A stretch of DNA of 44,487 nucleotides. Source: a virus. Taxonomy: Duplodnaviria > Caudoviricetes. Under the pieces are notes generated by a model that saw nothing but the letters and a program-made list of their open reading frames with translations, was not told the origin of the DNA and ran no database searches. Within the stretch, counting starts at the first letter, position 1; each line of letters starts with the position of its first letter. A program made the translations under genes and the position numbers. The DNA lies in IMG/VR virus record IMGVR_UViG_3300009678_000079, positions 1-44,487 of that record; one strand, written 5' to 3'. Of this stretch, positions 27,636 through 36,966 are shown piece by piece.

Positions 27636-28702
27636 TGAACTGGAGTCTGCACAGTGGGGGCGGGTTGGCAAGCGTGATCGGAGTGGGACCATTTCCTGCC
27701 TTCCCACTCGCTGTTCTTCGACGAATTTAACTTTGCCCACTCTGGTTTCAAGTTGCTGAAGTGAAAAGCCAACTTCTGTTGCTCTGGGTCCGAAAGCGGG
27801 AACGAGGCGAGCGGTCGCACATGATCGATCTGCCAATCGTTTTCGCCCATACCCCAGTTGTCCCACGACATGCCCGGCTCGAACTTTGATTCAAGGTGAT
27901 TCCTTAGCTCGTCAGGAGAACAGCCAACCAAAAGAAACGCGCTCGAAGCTTTGCGTTTTCCCCTGAGAGCTTGGTTGATTCTGTTTCTTATATACTGGGC
28001 AATCTTGAATTCTGGACATGTGCGCCGCCGGCTCCTGTGCCAGGCGTACTGCTGCTCACGATACTGCGCCCGCTGCCATCTCCGCCTTGAGTAGATTCTC
28101 TGCCGCTCCTTGTACTGGGCGATCATGTCAGCATAGCGAGCCGGATCGGATTTCTTCATTCCGTCCATCCACTTCGTCCCTGCCTCGCTTCGAGCTTTCC
28201 TGAGCTGCGCCGCAAATTCTGGATCAGACGCCGCGCGGGCCTTCAGGCGCGCATTGTAGGCTTTTCTGGCTTGGGCCTTCTTGAGCTTCACATCAGGCCG
28301 CTGCTGGTAGGCTTTTATTTTCGCCCGCTTTTCTTCCGGCGTTAGCAGAATCTTGGCGACCTTTACCTTCACGGCCTTTGGCTTCCTGGGCTTGTAGCCG
28401 TAGTGTTTCCTTTTCCACTCACGCCTGTAGGCCGCGATCTCTTCGGCCCGCCGCGCCAGCAATGCGACCATGATCATTTTGAATTGTGAGCGCGCCGACT
28501 CCTCCTTGGGCACCAGTTCCTCCAGTGCCGGCCCGGCCTTGGCGCGATTGTAGGCGCGGTGATACGCCAATCTCTTCTGCCTTTGATCTTCGGTTTCGTT
28601 GGTGCGCTCTTCTCTTTCTCGGATACGCGCTGCTGCGAGCAGCTTTTCGCGGTTGCGGTGATAATAGGATCTCCAGATGGCCCTTTGTTTTTCGATGTTC
28701 AT
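27632..28702 (-). CDS. HNH / endonuclease VII-like homing endonuclease with long basic N-terminal helix
   Basis: LVGCS...HLESKFEPGMSWDNWG...WQIDHVRPLASF...FHFSNLKPEWAKLNSSKN; start ATG 28702. Confidence 0.85.
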   Translation of the reverse strand: MNIEKQRAIWRSYYHRNREKLLAAARIREREERTNETEDQRQKRLAYHRAYNRAKAGPALEELVPKEESARSQFKMIMVALLARRAEEIAAYRREWKRKHYGYKPRKPKAVKVKVAKILLTPEEKRAKIKAYQQRPDVKLKKAQARKAYNARLKARAASDPEFAAQLRKARSEAGTKWMDGMKKSDPARYADMIAQYKERQRIYSRRRWQRAQYREQQYAWHRSRRRTCPEFKIAQYIRNRINQALRGKRKASSAFLLVGCSPDELRNHLESKFEPGMSWDNWGMGENDWQIDHVRPLASFPLSDPEQQKLAFHFSNLKPEWAKLNSSKNSEWEGRKWSHSDHACQPAPTVQTPVQ

Positions 28703-28715
28703 CACCTGAAGATTT

Positions 28716-28753
28716 AACGAAAAGCGCCAGATTGTCCATAACAATCTGGCGCT
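28716..28753 (-). terminator. Intrinsic terminator after the major capsid gene
   Basis: Perfect 13-bp stem AGCGCCAGATTGT/ACAATCTGGCGCT (28723-28735, 28741-28753), 5-nt loop, followed by TTTCGTT on the minus strand. Confidence 0.85.
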
Positions 28754-28770
28754 CGTAAGTTGTTGTGGCT

Positions 28771-30471
28771 CTAGTCGGTGTAAATATCTCCGTAAGGATA
28801 ATTCCCCGCCACCGCATCCGGGATATCATCCGAGAAGTTCTCGATGATCGCCGAGTTCGCCGGACACTCCACCACCACCGCCCACATGAGCGAGTTGAGC
28901 GAAATTTCCTGCGTCGGATTTTCCATCACACAGGCATAGTCCTGGTCCACTTTGGCCAGGGCTTCAATGTCGCCCGTGCGATGCACCTTGCGATTAGATC
29001 CAAGGATGCCGGGATAGATCCCAGTGAAGTCCAGAATCCACAGGAACCGGCCCGTGCTCTGGATGCCTTCGTCGTTGGCCGCCGAGGCGAAGTCGTCGAA
29101 GAATGGGTGAGTCACGATGCGGATCGTCACCACCGGGTACTGGAGCTTCCACTCGTCGTAGTTGAATCCGAGCTTGCCCGTCTGGCCCATCATCACCTGC
29201 TTGGTGTCGATGTTGAACTGCGCGAGCCCGTCGCTGCGCTCGTTGTAGTAGCGGATCATGCCGCGCTGGAACTGCTGCGCGGTGAAACTGTCGGTGAAGA
29301 TTTCGATCACCTCATTCGGGATGCCCTGGTCGCCGCGCGCCCGGTAGATGTCGTAGATGACCTGCTCGAAAAGCTCGATGAGATTCAGCTTGTTGTTCTG
29401 GAGGTCGAACACCCGGCCGCATTCGGCGAGCTGCTCGTACACCCCAATCGCATTGGCGCGACGGCCGACGCATCGACCTTCGCCGGGGATGTACAGACCC
29501 TGCGTCGAGTTCGAGAAGCTCGTGACTTCCTCCAGGCTCCGGTAGGTGTTGAGCGTCTGGTTGGCGGAGATCCTCTTGTTCCAGAAGAAGGAGTTGACCC
29601 ACTCCCGTTGCTGGATCATTCCCAGTTGTCGATTCCGTTCCGCCGCATCGACGTTGCCGAAGAGCCGGAAGTAATCGTTGCCTTCCCGCAGCCGATTGAA
29701 CCAATGCTCGTAGAGCTGGTCGGTACACATCGTGTGCCGACTCACCTGCCACCAGAACGGGACGTGCTTCCGGTCGTTCAAGGCTGGCCGGTTGTAGCAC
29801 CAGCGTTCCACGTCCTGAACGTTGTTGGTGCCGCGAACGAGGAAAGCCGCGCTCAGCGTGCCCGTGAACGCCGCTTTGGCCACCCAGCCAAGCGTGGAGT
29901 TCTCTCCAGTGGCCGTGACGATGATGGTATCGTTGCCGCCAAAGGTGCCCGTGGTGGCACCCGTAACGACGAACGATCCGCGCAGAGCGGTGCCGGCCGC
30001 CGAGCGGGCGAAGACGAAAACCCTCATGCCAGGAACAAACCACCTCACATCCAGTGGGACATTGGTCCGGCTGCGCACGTTGATCTGGTAGTTGTTGCCG
30101 CCAGTGTTGAGCAGCTGGACCACGCTCCAGTATTCCGCGTTGATGACGCTGCGCTGGTAAGCCAGCACGAAAGGATCGACCTCCGAGTTGCCGGGGCCAA
30201 GGGAGTTCGGCTTGATGGGCTTGTTCATCAGCCGCTTGTTCGACATCAGGAAGTCATAGAGCCCGTTTGTCTTGGCACCGCACGCCTTGATTTCAAACTG
30301 CGTGGCCAGGAGGGCTTTGAGATCCCGAAAGTCAGAGCCATCGGTGAAGATGGCCGCCAACTCGTCGGCCTCGGCGGTAAGAACGTCGCAGGTTGTTACT
30401 GCGCCACACTCATTGATGTTGTTCCCGATTGCCGGGAGACACTTCTCGAAGATATTGGAACTGATCGCCAT
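28771..30471 (-). CDS. Major capsid protein (566 aa, with probable beta-rich insertion domain)
   Basis: Follows scaffold, precedes a strong terminator, strong codon bias; QVSRHTM / QREWVNSFFWN / IVTHPFF / LWILD segments compatible with an HK97 fold; assignment mainly by synteny. Confidence 0.75.
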   Translation of the reverse strand: MAISSNIFEKCLPAIGNNINECGAVTTCDVLTAEADELAAIFTDGSDFRDLKALLATQFEIKACGAKTNGLYDFLMSNKRLMNKPIKPNSLGPGNSEVDPFVLAYQRSVINAEYWSVVQLLNTGGNNYQINVRSRTNVPLDVRWFVPGMRVFVFARSAAGTALRGSFVVTGATTGTFGGNDTIIVTATGENSTLGWVAKAAFTGTLSAAFLVRGTNNVQDVERWCYNRPALNDRKHVPFWWQVSRHTMCTDQLYEHWFNRLREGNDYFRLFGNVDAAERNRQLGMIQQREWVNSFFWNKRISANQTLNTYRSLEEVTSFSNSTQGLYIPGEGRCVGRRANAIGVYEQLAECGRVFDLQNNKLNLIELFEQVIYDIYRARGDQGIPNEVIEIFTDSFTAQQFQRGMIRYYNERSDGLAQFNIDTKQVMMGQTGKLGFNYDEWKLQYPVVTIRIVTHPFFDDFASAANDEGIQSTGRFLWILDFTGIYPGILGSNRKVHRTGDIEALAKVDQDYACVMENPTQEISLNSLMWAVVVECPANSAIIENFSDDIPDAVAGNYPYGDIYTD

Positions 30472-30534
30472 TGTGCATCGAGACCGTGCCGAGTTAATTC
30501 CCGGTTCAAGGTCCGTGCATCAATGTTCCATTTG

Positions 30535-32175
30535 TCAACGTGGATAGAGCACTTTTCCTATTTTGGACCACATGTCGTCGTACTTGGTCTTCACGCCCTC
30601 GCCCTGAGTGTCGATCTTGGCGCTACCACCGCCGTCGGGAGTTATGGGCTTTGTGCCCGTGGCCGTTGTGGTTTCCTCCTTTTTGGTTTCGGTCGTTTTA
30701 GTCGCATCCGACTTATGACCTTCCTTAGTGGAACCGCCGTTGTTTTCGTTCGGCACATAGCCGAGCGCCGTCGCCACTTTTTTCCCTCTTTCTCTCTCTT
30801 TTTGGATGCGCTCCTTGACCTCCGTCATGGCGTCGGCCGTCATCTCGGTGATGAGATGATCCGCCGTGAGGTACCACCGTCGCGCCTGCTGGGCTGCCGG
30901 AAGTTTCACGAACTCATTGCGCGAGGCGAAGAGTCTTCCCTTCTCATCGGCCTGCCCGGCGTACTGCGCCTCCTTCTCGAAGAGGAAATTCAACCAATCT
31001 GCATGGTCTTGGTTTTTCTTTGCGTCAAATGAGATGCGCTGGTCTGGATCGTCCACCATGACTGCTGTATGGATACGCGGGCTCAGTCTATTCAGTGCCT
31101 CCACCAATGCCTCAGCGGTGATAGGGTCGCCCTCTTCCAACTTGTTGAAGCCCTGCTTCACGATGACATCGTGTGCCGCTTCATCGACGCCCTTGGCTAG
31201 TAGCACTGCAACGGTGTTCACTGCATTCTGCGCCACACCGGCCAGCTCGCGCTTCGCCTCCCGCTCTTCGATGCTCTTGTGCTTTTCCTCCAGCTTGGCC
31301 GCCTTGGCCGAGATCTTCTGCTCGGCGATCATGTCGGCCCGCGCGTCAACGAACTCCTCGTCGCCCCACGGTCGTTCCAGTGAGGTATAGAACTCATTGT
31401 GCTCCTCCGCATCGGGATCAAAGACCTTTCCTGGGTTCGCCTGCTCCCACCGGCTGGCGTACTCCGCGCTGCGGCGGTGCTCGTTCAGGATAATCTGCGG
31501 AGCATCCTTGTAGGCGGGGTTGGTCGTCGCGAGATGCTTGGCGATCTCGTAGTCCCGCCGGTAATCCTTGGGCAGTTCGTCCTCCGGCGTCTCAGCCTTG
31601 GCCTGTTGCGTGGAAAACCTTGGCATGGCCGCCGTCACTGCCGCCGTAGCTCCTGCTGCTGCTGCTTCGCCCATGATCCGTGCGTGATCCGCTGCGGTCA
31701 GCTCCGCCTTCTTCTTGGTGACGACCGTTTTGGCCTTCTCCTCGGTCTTTTTGTCCGTGGCCTCGGTCGTTTTGGTGTCCTTGACCTCCGTTTTGACCTC
31801 TTCCTTGGCCTTTTCCTGGGTCTTCGTCTCACTCGGCGCCCTGAATTTCAGGTTCTTGGCGAGCAGTTCGGCAAGGTTTGAGCCCGGCTTCGTTTCTGCC
31901 TTTTCCCCCTCTTTTGCTGTGGTTTCGGCGGTTTTCTCGCCCTTATCCCCATCCTTCACCTCGGTCTCGGTGGCTTTGGCCTCCGTTTTCTTGCCACGCT
32001 TACCGAGCATCACCTGCATCTTGTGGTTCGGGTCGTCCTCCACGCCCATTGGCTTCTGCGGGGGGATGTCGAAGCCCGGCCGATAGCTCCTTGTCGGTGC
32101 TTTCTCGGCCGTTTGCTGCGTGGCCTGCTCGGTGGTGGTCGTTTTGGTCTCTTCGGTGGTCGCTGCGTCTGCCAT
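30535..32175 (-). CDS. Probable capsid scaffolding protein (546 aa)
   Basis: E/K/T-rich low-complexity N-terminus, helical body, located between portal and capsid genes. Confidence 0.7.
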   Translation of the reverse strand: MADAATTEETKTTTTEQATQQTAEKAPTRSYRPGFDIPPQKPMGVEDDPNHKMQVMLGKRGKKTEAKATETEVKDGDKGEKTAETTAKEGEKAETKPGSNLAELLAKNLKFRAPSETKTQEKAKEEVKTEVKDTKTTEATDKKTEEKAKTVVTKKKAELTAADHARIMGEAAAAGATAAVTAAMPRFSTQQAKAETPEDELPKDYRRDYEIAKHLATTNPAYKDAPQIILNEHRRSAEYASRWEQANPGKVFDPDAEEHNEFYTSLERPWGDEEFVDARADMIAEQKISAKAAKLEEKHKSIEEREAKRELAGVAQNAVNTVAVLLAKGVDEAAHDVIVKQGFNKLEEGDPITAEALVEALNRLSPRIHTAVMVDDPDQRISFDAKKNQDHADWLNFLFEKEAQYAGQADEKGRLFASRNEFVKLPAAQQARRWYLTADHLITEMTADAMTEVKERIQKERERGKKVATALGYVPNENNGGSTKEGHKSDATKTTETKKEETTTATGTKPITPDGGGSAKIDTQGEGVKTKYDDMWSKIGKVLYPR

Positions 32176-32190
32176 AGGTGGTGCTCTCTG

Positions 32191-32502
32191 TTATGGGCGT
32201 GGTTCCAGCTTGGCTGTGAACCATTCCGTGTCTTTGGCTTCGATCTCTTCGAGAATATCCAGGGCTTTGCTGTAGTCGCCGGCCTTTCGGATGGCCGCAG
32301 CGGTGTCATCCTTGGCGATGCTGCTGAAATCGGAGTACAGGCCGGCGTTCATAGCCTGCACCTGCTGCTCAGAGGCGTGCGCACCGAGGATTCCCTTGAG
32401 CAGGATGAATCCAGGGTGCGCAAAAAGCTCAGCCAGGCGCTTTCGCTGCTCGGAGTCCACGGAGGCCCGGCTGAAAATGATGGTTTGGCGAGGCTGTGTC
32501 AT
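32191..32502 (-). CDS. Small helical protein downstream of the portal (103 aa)
   Basis: LFAHPGFILL pattern and position typical of podovirus post-portal proteins. Confidence 0.7.
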   Translation of the reverse strand: MTQPRQTIIFSRASVDSEQRKRLAELFAHPGFILLKGILGAHASEQQVQAMNAGLYSDFSSIAKDDTAAAIRKAGDYSKALDILEEIEAKDTEWFTAKLEPRP

Positions 32503-32777
32503 TGATCTCCGTCGTTTAGCGGCGGCGGCACTGTGGGGCTCGGGCGATTCATATCAGCCTCACAGCCCAACACCCATTCCTTTGCGTGCCCGAACCTAGC
32601 GTAGAAGTTTCCACTCCCATTCACCATGCGCCAAGTGCCGTCGCAGCCGTCCTCGCGCCGTTTACTGATGAGTATCGTGACCGCATCGACATGCTCAGCG
32701 AGCTTTCCCAAGGCTTCCGTGACCAGCCTATCGGCCTCTCGCATTTCTTCCGGGATGTCACACGCCGGCTTGCTCAT
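32499..32777 (-). CDS. Hypothetical protein, GNFYAR family (paralog of 21463-21732)
   Basis: HVDAVTI...GSGNFYARFGHAKEWV; ATGA overlaps on both sides. Confidence 0.7.
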   Translation of the reverse strand: MSKPACDIPEEMREADRLVTEALGKLAEHVDAVTILISKRREDGCDGTWRMVNGSGNFYARFGHAKEWVLGCEADMNRPSPTVPPPLNDGDQ

Positions 32778-35227
32778 GTCATTCCTATTGGCACAGCCTC
32801 TGGCGGCACCTGCTCGGGCATCGTTGCCTGCGCAGCCATCGCCACTGCTGCCTCGGCCTGCTCCAAGCGTTGAGCAAGGGCCGCCACAGCCGCCGCCAGC
32901 GCCTGCATCTGCTGGTCCTGCGCCTGCTCGGCCTCCTGCTGCTGGCCGAGAACCTGCGAAATCCCCTGCCCTGCCTGCTGGATGGCCTGCTGAACGATCT
33001 GAACGGTCTGCTGGCCGGCGGCCTCAAGGGTCTGTTTCTGCTGCTCGTCCATGGCGCCCTTTACCTGCTCGGAGAATTTGGTCAGCAGCTCACTGACTTG
33101 GTTCGCCTGCTCTTCCTGCGGTGCGGTGGTGTCGATGTTCTTGCCCTTGAGCCGAAACTCCTTCGGCAGGCCGGCGGCCAGAACGATCTGATTCAGCAGC
33201 TCCACGAGCTGCACGGGGCCGATGCTTTGGATGAGCACCGGGTTGTTCGCAATCGCCAGGAAGATCTTGCTCATCGCATCCGCAATAGCCGGATTGTCGA
33301 TGCGTGTGGCGGCATCCCTCGTTGAGGCGAAGGTCTCCAGTTGCAACTGGGACTTGGAGCCTTTTACCGTCCGCATCGGATCTGGGTCGTTCGGGTCCAT
33401 GCCCTCGTCCTGAATCGTGAAGCCGAGCTTGTCCATGAGCTTCTTGAACTCAGCTTCCGTGGCGGCGAAGGAAGAAGAAACCCCGACAGTGATGCTGTCG
33501 TCTGCGTGCGCCATGGTGGCGTCGTAAATCATGCACTTCTTGGCGTAGACCGCATCGTCGATAAAACTTCCAGTCAACTGAACGCGATTAGATACGTACT
33601 GCTGGATGATGCGGCTCTCTGTCGCGCTCTGCTCGTGCGAGGCTGGCTGCCCAAGTTCCTGAGAGGAGAACTGAAGTACCCGCTCCAGCATATCGAGAAC
33701 ACCAGAGATCAACGCAGCGAGTTCGGCGGTGTTGTGGTGAGTGAGCTGCGGCGTGAAGAACGCCTCCCGTTGATACTCATTGAGCCTATACCGCTCAGTA
33801 GCGGAGAACGGGATGTATAGCCGGCCGCTGAAGGTCTTGTTGCCGAGATTGCGTAGCTCCTTCACCGCCTCCTCGGGCACCTTGTCCTTGTCGTAGAAGA
33901 CCGGGTTGCGAAGGTTCTCACGCACCGCCGCGATCCACTGTGAGAAAAGATTCCCAATGTGGTCCTGAAACGGCAGGGCCTCCAGCGCCAGAGAATTAAA
34001 CCGTGACTTGTTGAAGTCCGCGTCGTAGGCCGAGACCGGGAGCTTATCGAACGCCAACGGCTCGGCGTAGAGCACGGCGTTGTCGCTGGCCATGACGAAG
34101 CGGAACCACACCGGATACTCGTACGTTCCCAGCCCGTGCTCCTTGGGAATGATCCGCTGGAAATGCTGCGTCTTCAGCGCTGCCGCGTCGTAGTCGTTCG
34201 TGTTGTAGTAGGTGGAGCCGAGTTCTGATTCACGATCCAATGGACCCGTTCCGCCAATGCCACGTTTCGTCAAATCCGGGAACTTCATCTGGCAAGGGAA
34301 GACCTGCTCCAGGAAATCACTGGTCCCAATATCGAACCAACCCATGGAGCCGAACGAGATCTTATCTTTGTTCCAGTAGAGCGGGTGGTCCTTGATCGAT
34401 CCGTACCGGCAGAGTTCCCAGTAGCCCGCGTACTCGCAACCCGTGTTCGAGTTCAGCGTCGAGAGCCGATGGTACAGGTCGTAGTAGACCCGGCTCGGGT
34501 GCGGGAGATTAAATCGAAGGCCCTCACGGACGATCTTCTCTTTGCCTGATTCATCCTCCTGGTTCTCGACGAACCATGCCTCCCTCGGGAACTCGATGCA
34601 GAAACCGTAGTGCAACGTCTGGAGGATGTGCTGCCGCAGGTCAGCCTTGTAGTCGAACTGCGTGGACTGCCGCTGGACGAGCTGCGTTAATATCTCACAG
34701 CGCGCCCGGTTCTCCTTCGTGAACTGCACTGGCTCGTACTTGAGCAGTGGAACAAGATCCCGCTCATTGAAAAGCTTCGCCCACCGAATCGTTACATAGG
34801 CGATGACGAGTGGGATGAAAATGTTGGTGAACACCGGCAGGTTGATGAGCTTCTTCGGCTTCCCGTTGGCACCGCAGCAAACATTCCCGTTTGCATCCAG
34901 CTCGTCTGGCAGCATGTGTGCCAGCCCCCACGAGTTCACCGTATCCAACACCGCCTTGTCGTCGGGCTTTGAGGAGAGGAGCCCACGCAACTGCGTAAAC
35001 GAAATCTGGTAGAAGTCCGTGTCCCTTGCCCAGTCCAGCGCACGGAAGAGCCGGTAGTCCCTTCGGTTCCGATCAATGCCTGCCCGCAACGCATCCCGGA
35101 TCTGGTTGCACAGCTTCTTCACTGACGGCTTCTTTTCAGCAAAGCCGTCCTCAATCGTGAACAGTGGCTTCAGGCTCTTCGGATCGAGCCCGTGCTTAGT
35201 AATGAGGCGTTGGTAGGGAACAGCCAT
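32774..35227 (-). CDS. Portal protein (817 aa, P22-like with C-terminal Gln-rich coiled coil)
   Basis: First large gene of the head operon; QELGQPASHEQSATE motif; Q/A-rich barrel-type C-terminus. Confidence 0.8.
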   Translation of the reverse strand: MAVPYQRLITKHGLDPKSLKPLFTIEDGFAEKKPSVKKLCNQIRDALRAGIDRNRRDYRLFRALDWARDTDFYQISFTQLRGLLSSKPDDKAVLDTVNSWGLAHMLPDELDANGNVCCGANGKPKKLINLPVFTNIFIPLVIAYVTIRWAKLFNERDLVPLLKYEPVQFTKENRARCEILTQLVQRQSTQFDYKADLRQHILQTLHYGFCIEFPREAWFVENQEDESGKEKIVREGLRFNLPHPSRVYYDLYHRLSTLNSNTGCEYAGYWELCRYGSIKDHPLYWNKDKISFGSMGWFDIGTSDFLEQVFPCQMKFPDLTKRGIGGTGPLDRESELGSTYYNTNDYDAAALKTQHFQRIIPKEHGLGTYEYPVWFRFVMASDNAVLYAEPLAFDKLPVSAYDADFNKSRFNSLALEALPFQDHIGNLFSQWIAAVRENLRNPVFYDKDKVPEEAVKELRNLGNKTFSGRLYIPFSATERYRLNEYQREAFFTPQLTHHNTAELAALISGVLDMLERVLQFSSQELGQPASHEQSATESRIIQQYVSNRVQLTGSFIDDAVYAKKCMIYDATMAHADDSITVGVSSSFAATEAEFKKLMDKLGFTIQDEGMDPNDPDPMRTVKGSKSQLQLETFASTRDAATRIDNPAIADAMSKIFLAIANNPVLIQSIGPVQLVELLNQIVLAAGLPKEFRLKGKNIDTTAPQEEQANQVSELLTKFSEQVKGAMDEQQKQTLEAAGQQTVQIVQQAIQQAGQGISQVLGQQQEAEQAQDQQMQALAAAVAALAQRLEQAEAAVAMAAQATMPEQVPPEAVPIGMT

Positions 35228-35236
35228 ACCTACCGC

Positions 35237-35485
35237 TCAGTATTTCACCTTCACCGCCGGCTTGGCTGGTGCCGGAGCTTCTTCGGCCTCGACGGCCGCT
35301 TCCGCGTTCGGAGCTTCCTCGCCCTCAGTTTCGTTCGTCACCTCAGCAACGTGGAACGTCGCCATCTTCGGGTCAGAGCCGATTTGCTGGATGCGAAGTC
35401 GAACGGAATAGCTGCCACCATTGGTCCATCCGGAAACCATCTCATCGACGGCCTTGTCGCTTCGATCTAATTGAAGTGTAGACAT
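35237..35485 (-). CDS. Hypothetical acidic protein (82 aa)
   Basis: Co-oriented, ends 9 nt before the portal start. Confidence 0.7.
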   Translation of the reverse strand: MSTLQLDRSDKAVDEMVSGWTNGGSYSVRLRIQQIGSDPKMATFHVAEVTNETEGEEAPNAEAAVEAEEAPAPAKPAVKVKY

Positions 35486-36045
35486 AGTGCTTTTACTTTC
35501 GATCTTTGTTTTTCAGATTCAGCGTGACACTTCCGGTGGCGGCCCCAGCAACATCGTCCATCCCGATAAATTCGTACGTACATTTTCTCCGGATCGTCGT
35601 GTTTTTTGCAGAGAATGCAACGTAGCCAGTCAGGATTTCCGCACGCATAAAAAGCGCGCGCTCTACGATGAATAATTTGATGAACCGCCTCACTTTCGCA
35701 GACCATCAGATTCTCCTGGCGATTGTCGAGCGTGTCTTCGTTTAAGTGGTGAACCACTTCGTCATCCTTCAAGAACTCTCCCAATGCGCGCTCTGCGACC
35801 AGAATGTGCTCGCGCACGTAGCCGTTATTATCGACTCGTGGATGCTGCGGCAGGAAAATGTAGCGGTAATTGTTTCGCACGACAACTCCGCCTTTCCATC
35901 GTGGACACTTTGAGCCGCTGGACATCAAGGCGCCTTCTGGCGTTTCCGCTTGGCTGTTCGGTCGCGGTACAAGTCTTTCTTGTCCACCTAGCGCACCGTC
36001 CGGCAAGTAGATGGAATCGAAAATAGTCTGCTCGGCCGGCGTCAT
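35467..36045 (-). CDS. HNH homing endonuclease (HNH_3-like)
   Basis: PRWKGG, YVREHILVAE, VVHHLNEDTLDNRQENL; alternative start ATG 35925. Confidence 0.88.
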   Translation of the reverse strand: MTPAEQTIFDSIYLPDGALGGQERLVPRPNSQAETPEGALMSSGSKCPRWKGGVVVRNNYRYIFLPQHPRVDNNGYVREHILVAERALGEFLKDDEVVHHLNEDTLDNRQENLMVCESEAVHQIIHRRARAFYACGNPDWLRCILCKKHDDPEKMYVRIYRDGRCCWGRHRKCHAESEKQRSKVKALCLHFN

Positions 36046-36050
36046 GCTTT

Positions 36051-36079
36051 ATCGTTGTAGACTGGCATTTCTGGCGCAA
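36051..36079 (-). promoter_or_regulatory. Candidate promoter of the virion operon in the 54-bp divergent gap
   Basis: TTGCGC-17 nt-AACGAT-5 nt-ATG(36045). Confidence 0.35.
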
Positions 36080-36099
36080 GTCATGCACCCTTCTGTGGA

Positions 36100-36966
36100 A
36101 TGGTCAAGGCCAACAAGATCATCGTGATCGGCACGGGCTTCGTGGCGCAGGCGTACTTGCGCGTCCTGCACACACTTGGATATTTCCCTGCGGTGCTGTC
36201 GAGATCGTGGTGTGATTACACGAATTCAGCCATTCTGCGCGAGCGCATCAGCTCGTTTGGCGCTGGCTTTGTCATCAACGCCGCCGGATTCACTGGCAAG
36301 TCGGTCGATTGCTGTGAGAGCGATAAGGAGCAGTGCTACCGTGCGAACGTTACGCTCGCGCGCGACATTGCGATTACCTGCAAGACCAACGCTATGCGCC
36401 TCATCCACATCTCGTCCGGCTGCATCTTTGACGGAGCTGGACCGTTCAGTGAGGCTGACGATCTAAAGCACTACACTGGCCAGCAATCCTTCTACGCTAT
36501 CTGCAAAGCTCAGGCGGAGGAGGCTGTCTTGGAAAGCGGCGCCGACGCTTTCATCTTCCGAATCCGGATGCCTTTCTCTCATGTTCAACACCCGCGCAAC
36601 TGGCTCATCAAGTTAGCCGAGTACCCAAAGATCCTCGACGGACTGAACTCAGTGACGTGGCTTGACCAGTTCGCGATGCGAAGCTGGCAATTGGCCGGCA
36701 CTGGAGAACCCGGCTTCTATAACTGCGTCCAGCCCGGACCAGTCAGAACGGCTGATGTGGCGCGGATGCTCCTTGAGGCTGGAATCAGAAAGCTGCCAGT
36801 GACCCTGTTCGACCGTGCTGAGTTTTTGCAGCAGCACGTCCGCAGGTCCGAAGCTGTCTTGAGCTGCGAAAAGTTTGAGGCGGCCTACAAAACCAAATCC
36901 GACACCGCGATCTCCGGACTGACGTGGTGTATCGCCGAACTCGCCAAACATGATCAAGACCAATGA
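36100..36966 (+). CDS. NDP-4-keto-6-deoxyglucose 3,5-epimerase/4-reductase (RmlD-like; NRS/ER, UER1 type)
   Basis: IGTGFVA, INAAGFTG...VDCCES, SSGCIF, catalytic YxxxK (YAICK), RIRMPF...PRNWLIKL, LNSVT. Confidence 0.85.
   Translation: MVKANKIIVIGTGFVAQAYLRVLHTLGYFPAVLSRSWCDYTNSAILRERISSFGAGFVINAAGFTGKSVDCCESDKEQCYRANVTLARDIAITCKTNAMRLIHISSGCIFDGAGPFSEADDLKHYTGQQSFYAICKAQAEEAVLESGADAFIFRIRMPFSHVQHPRNWLIKLAEYPKILDGLNSVTWLDQFAMRSWQLAGTGEPGFYNCVQPGPVRTADVARMLLEAGIRKLPVTLFDRAEFLQQHVRRSEAVLSCEKFEAAYKTKSDTAISGLTWCIAELAKHDQDQ

Noticed and set aside
28765-31032. 755-aa plus-strand ORF, and similar long antisense ORFs such as 25957-27408 and 23802-24659
   Set aside because: Mirror frames of strongly codon-biased minus-strand genes; no recognisable motifs
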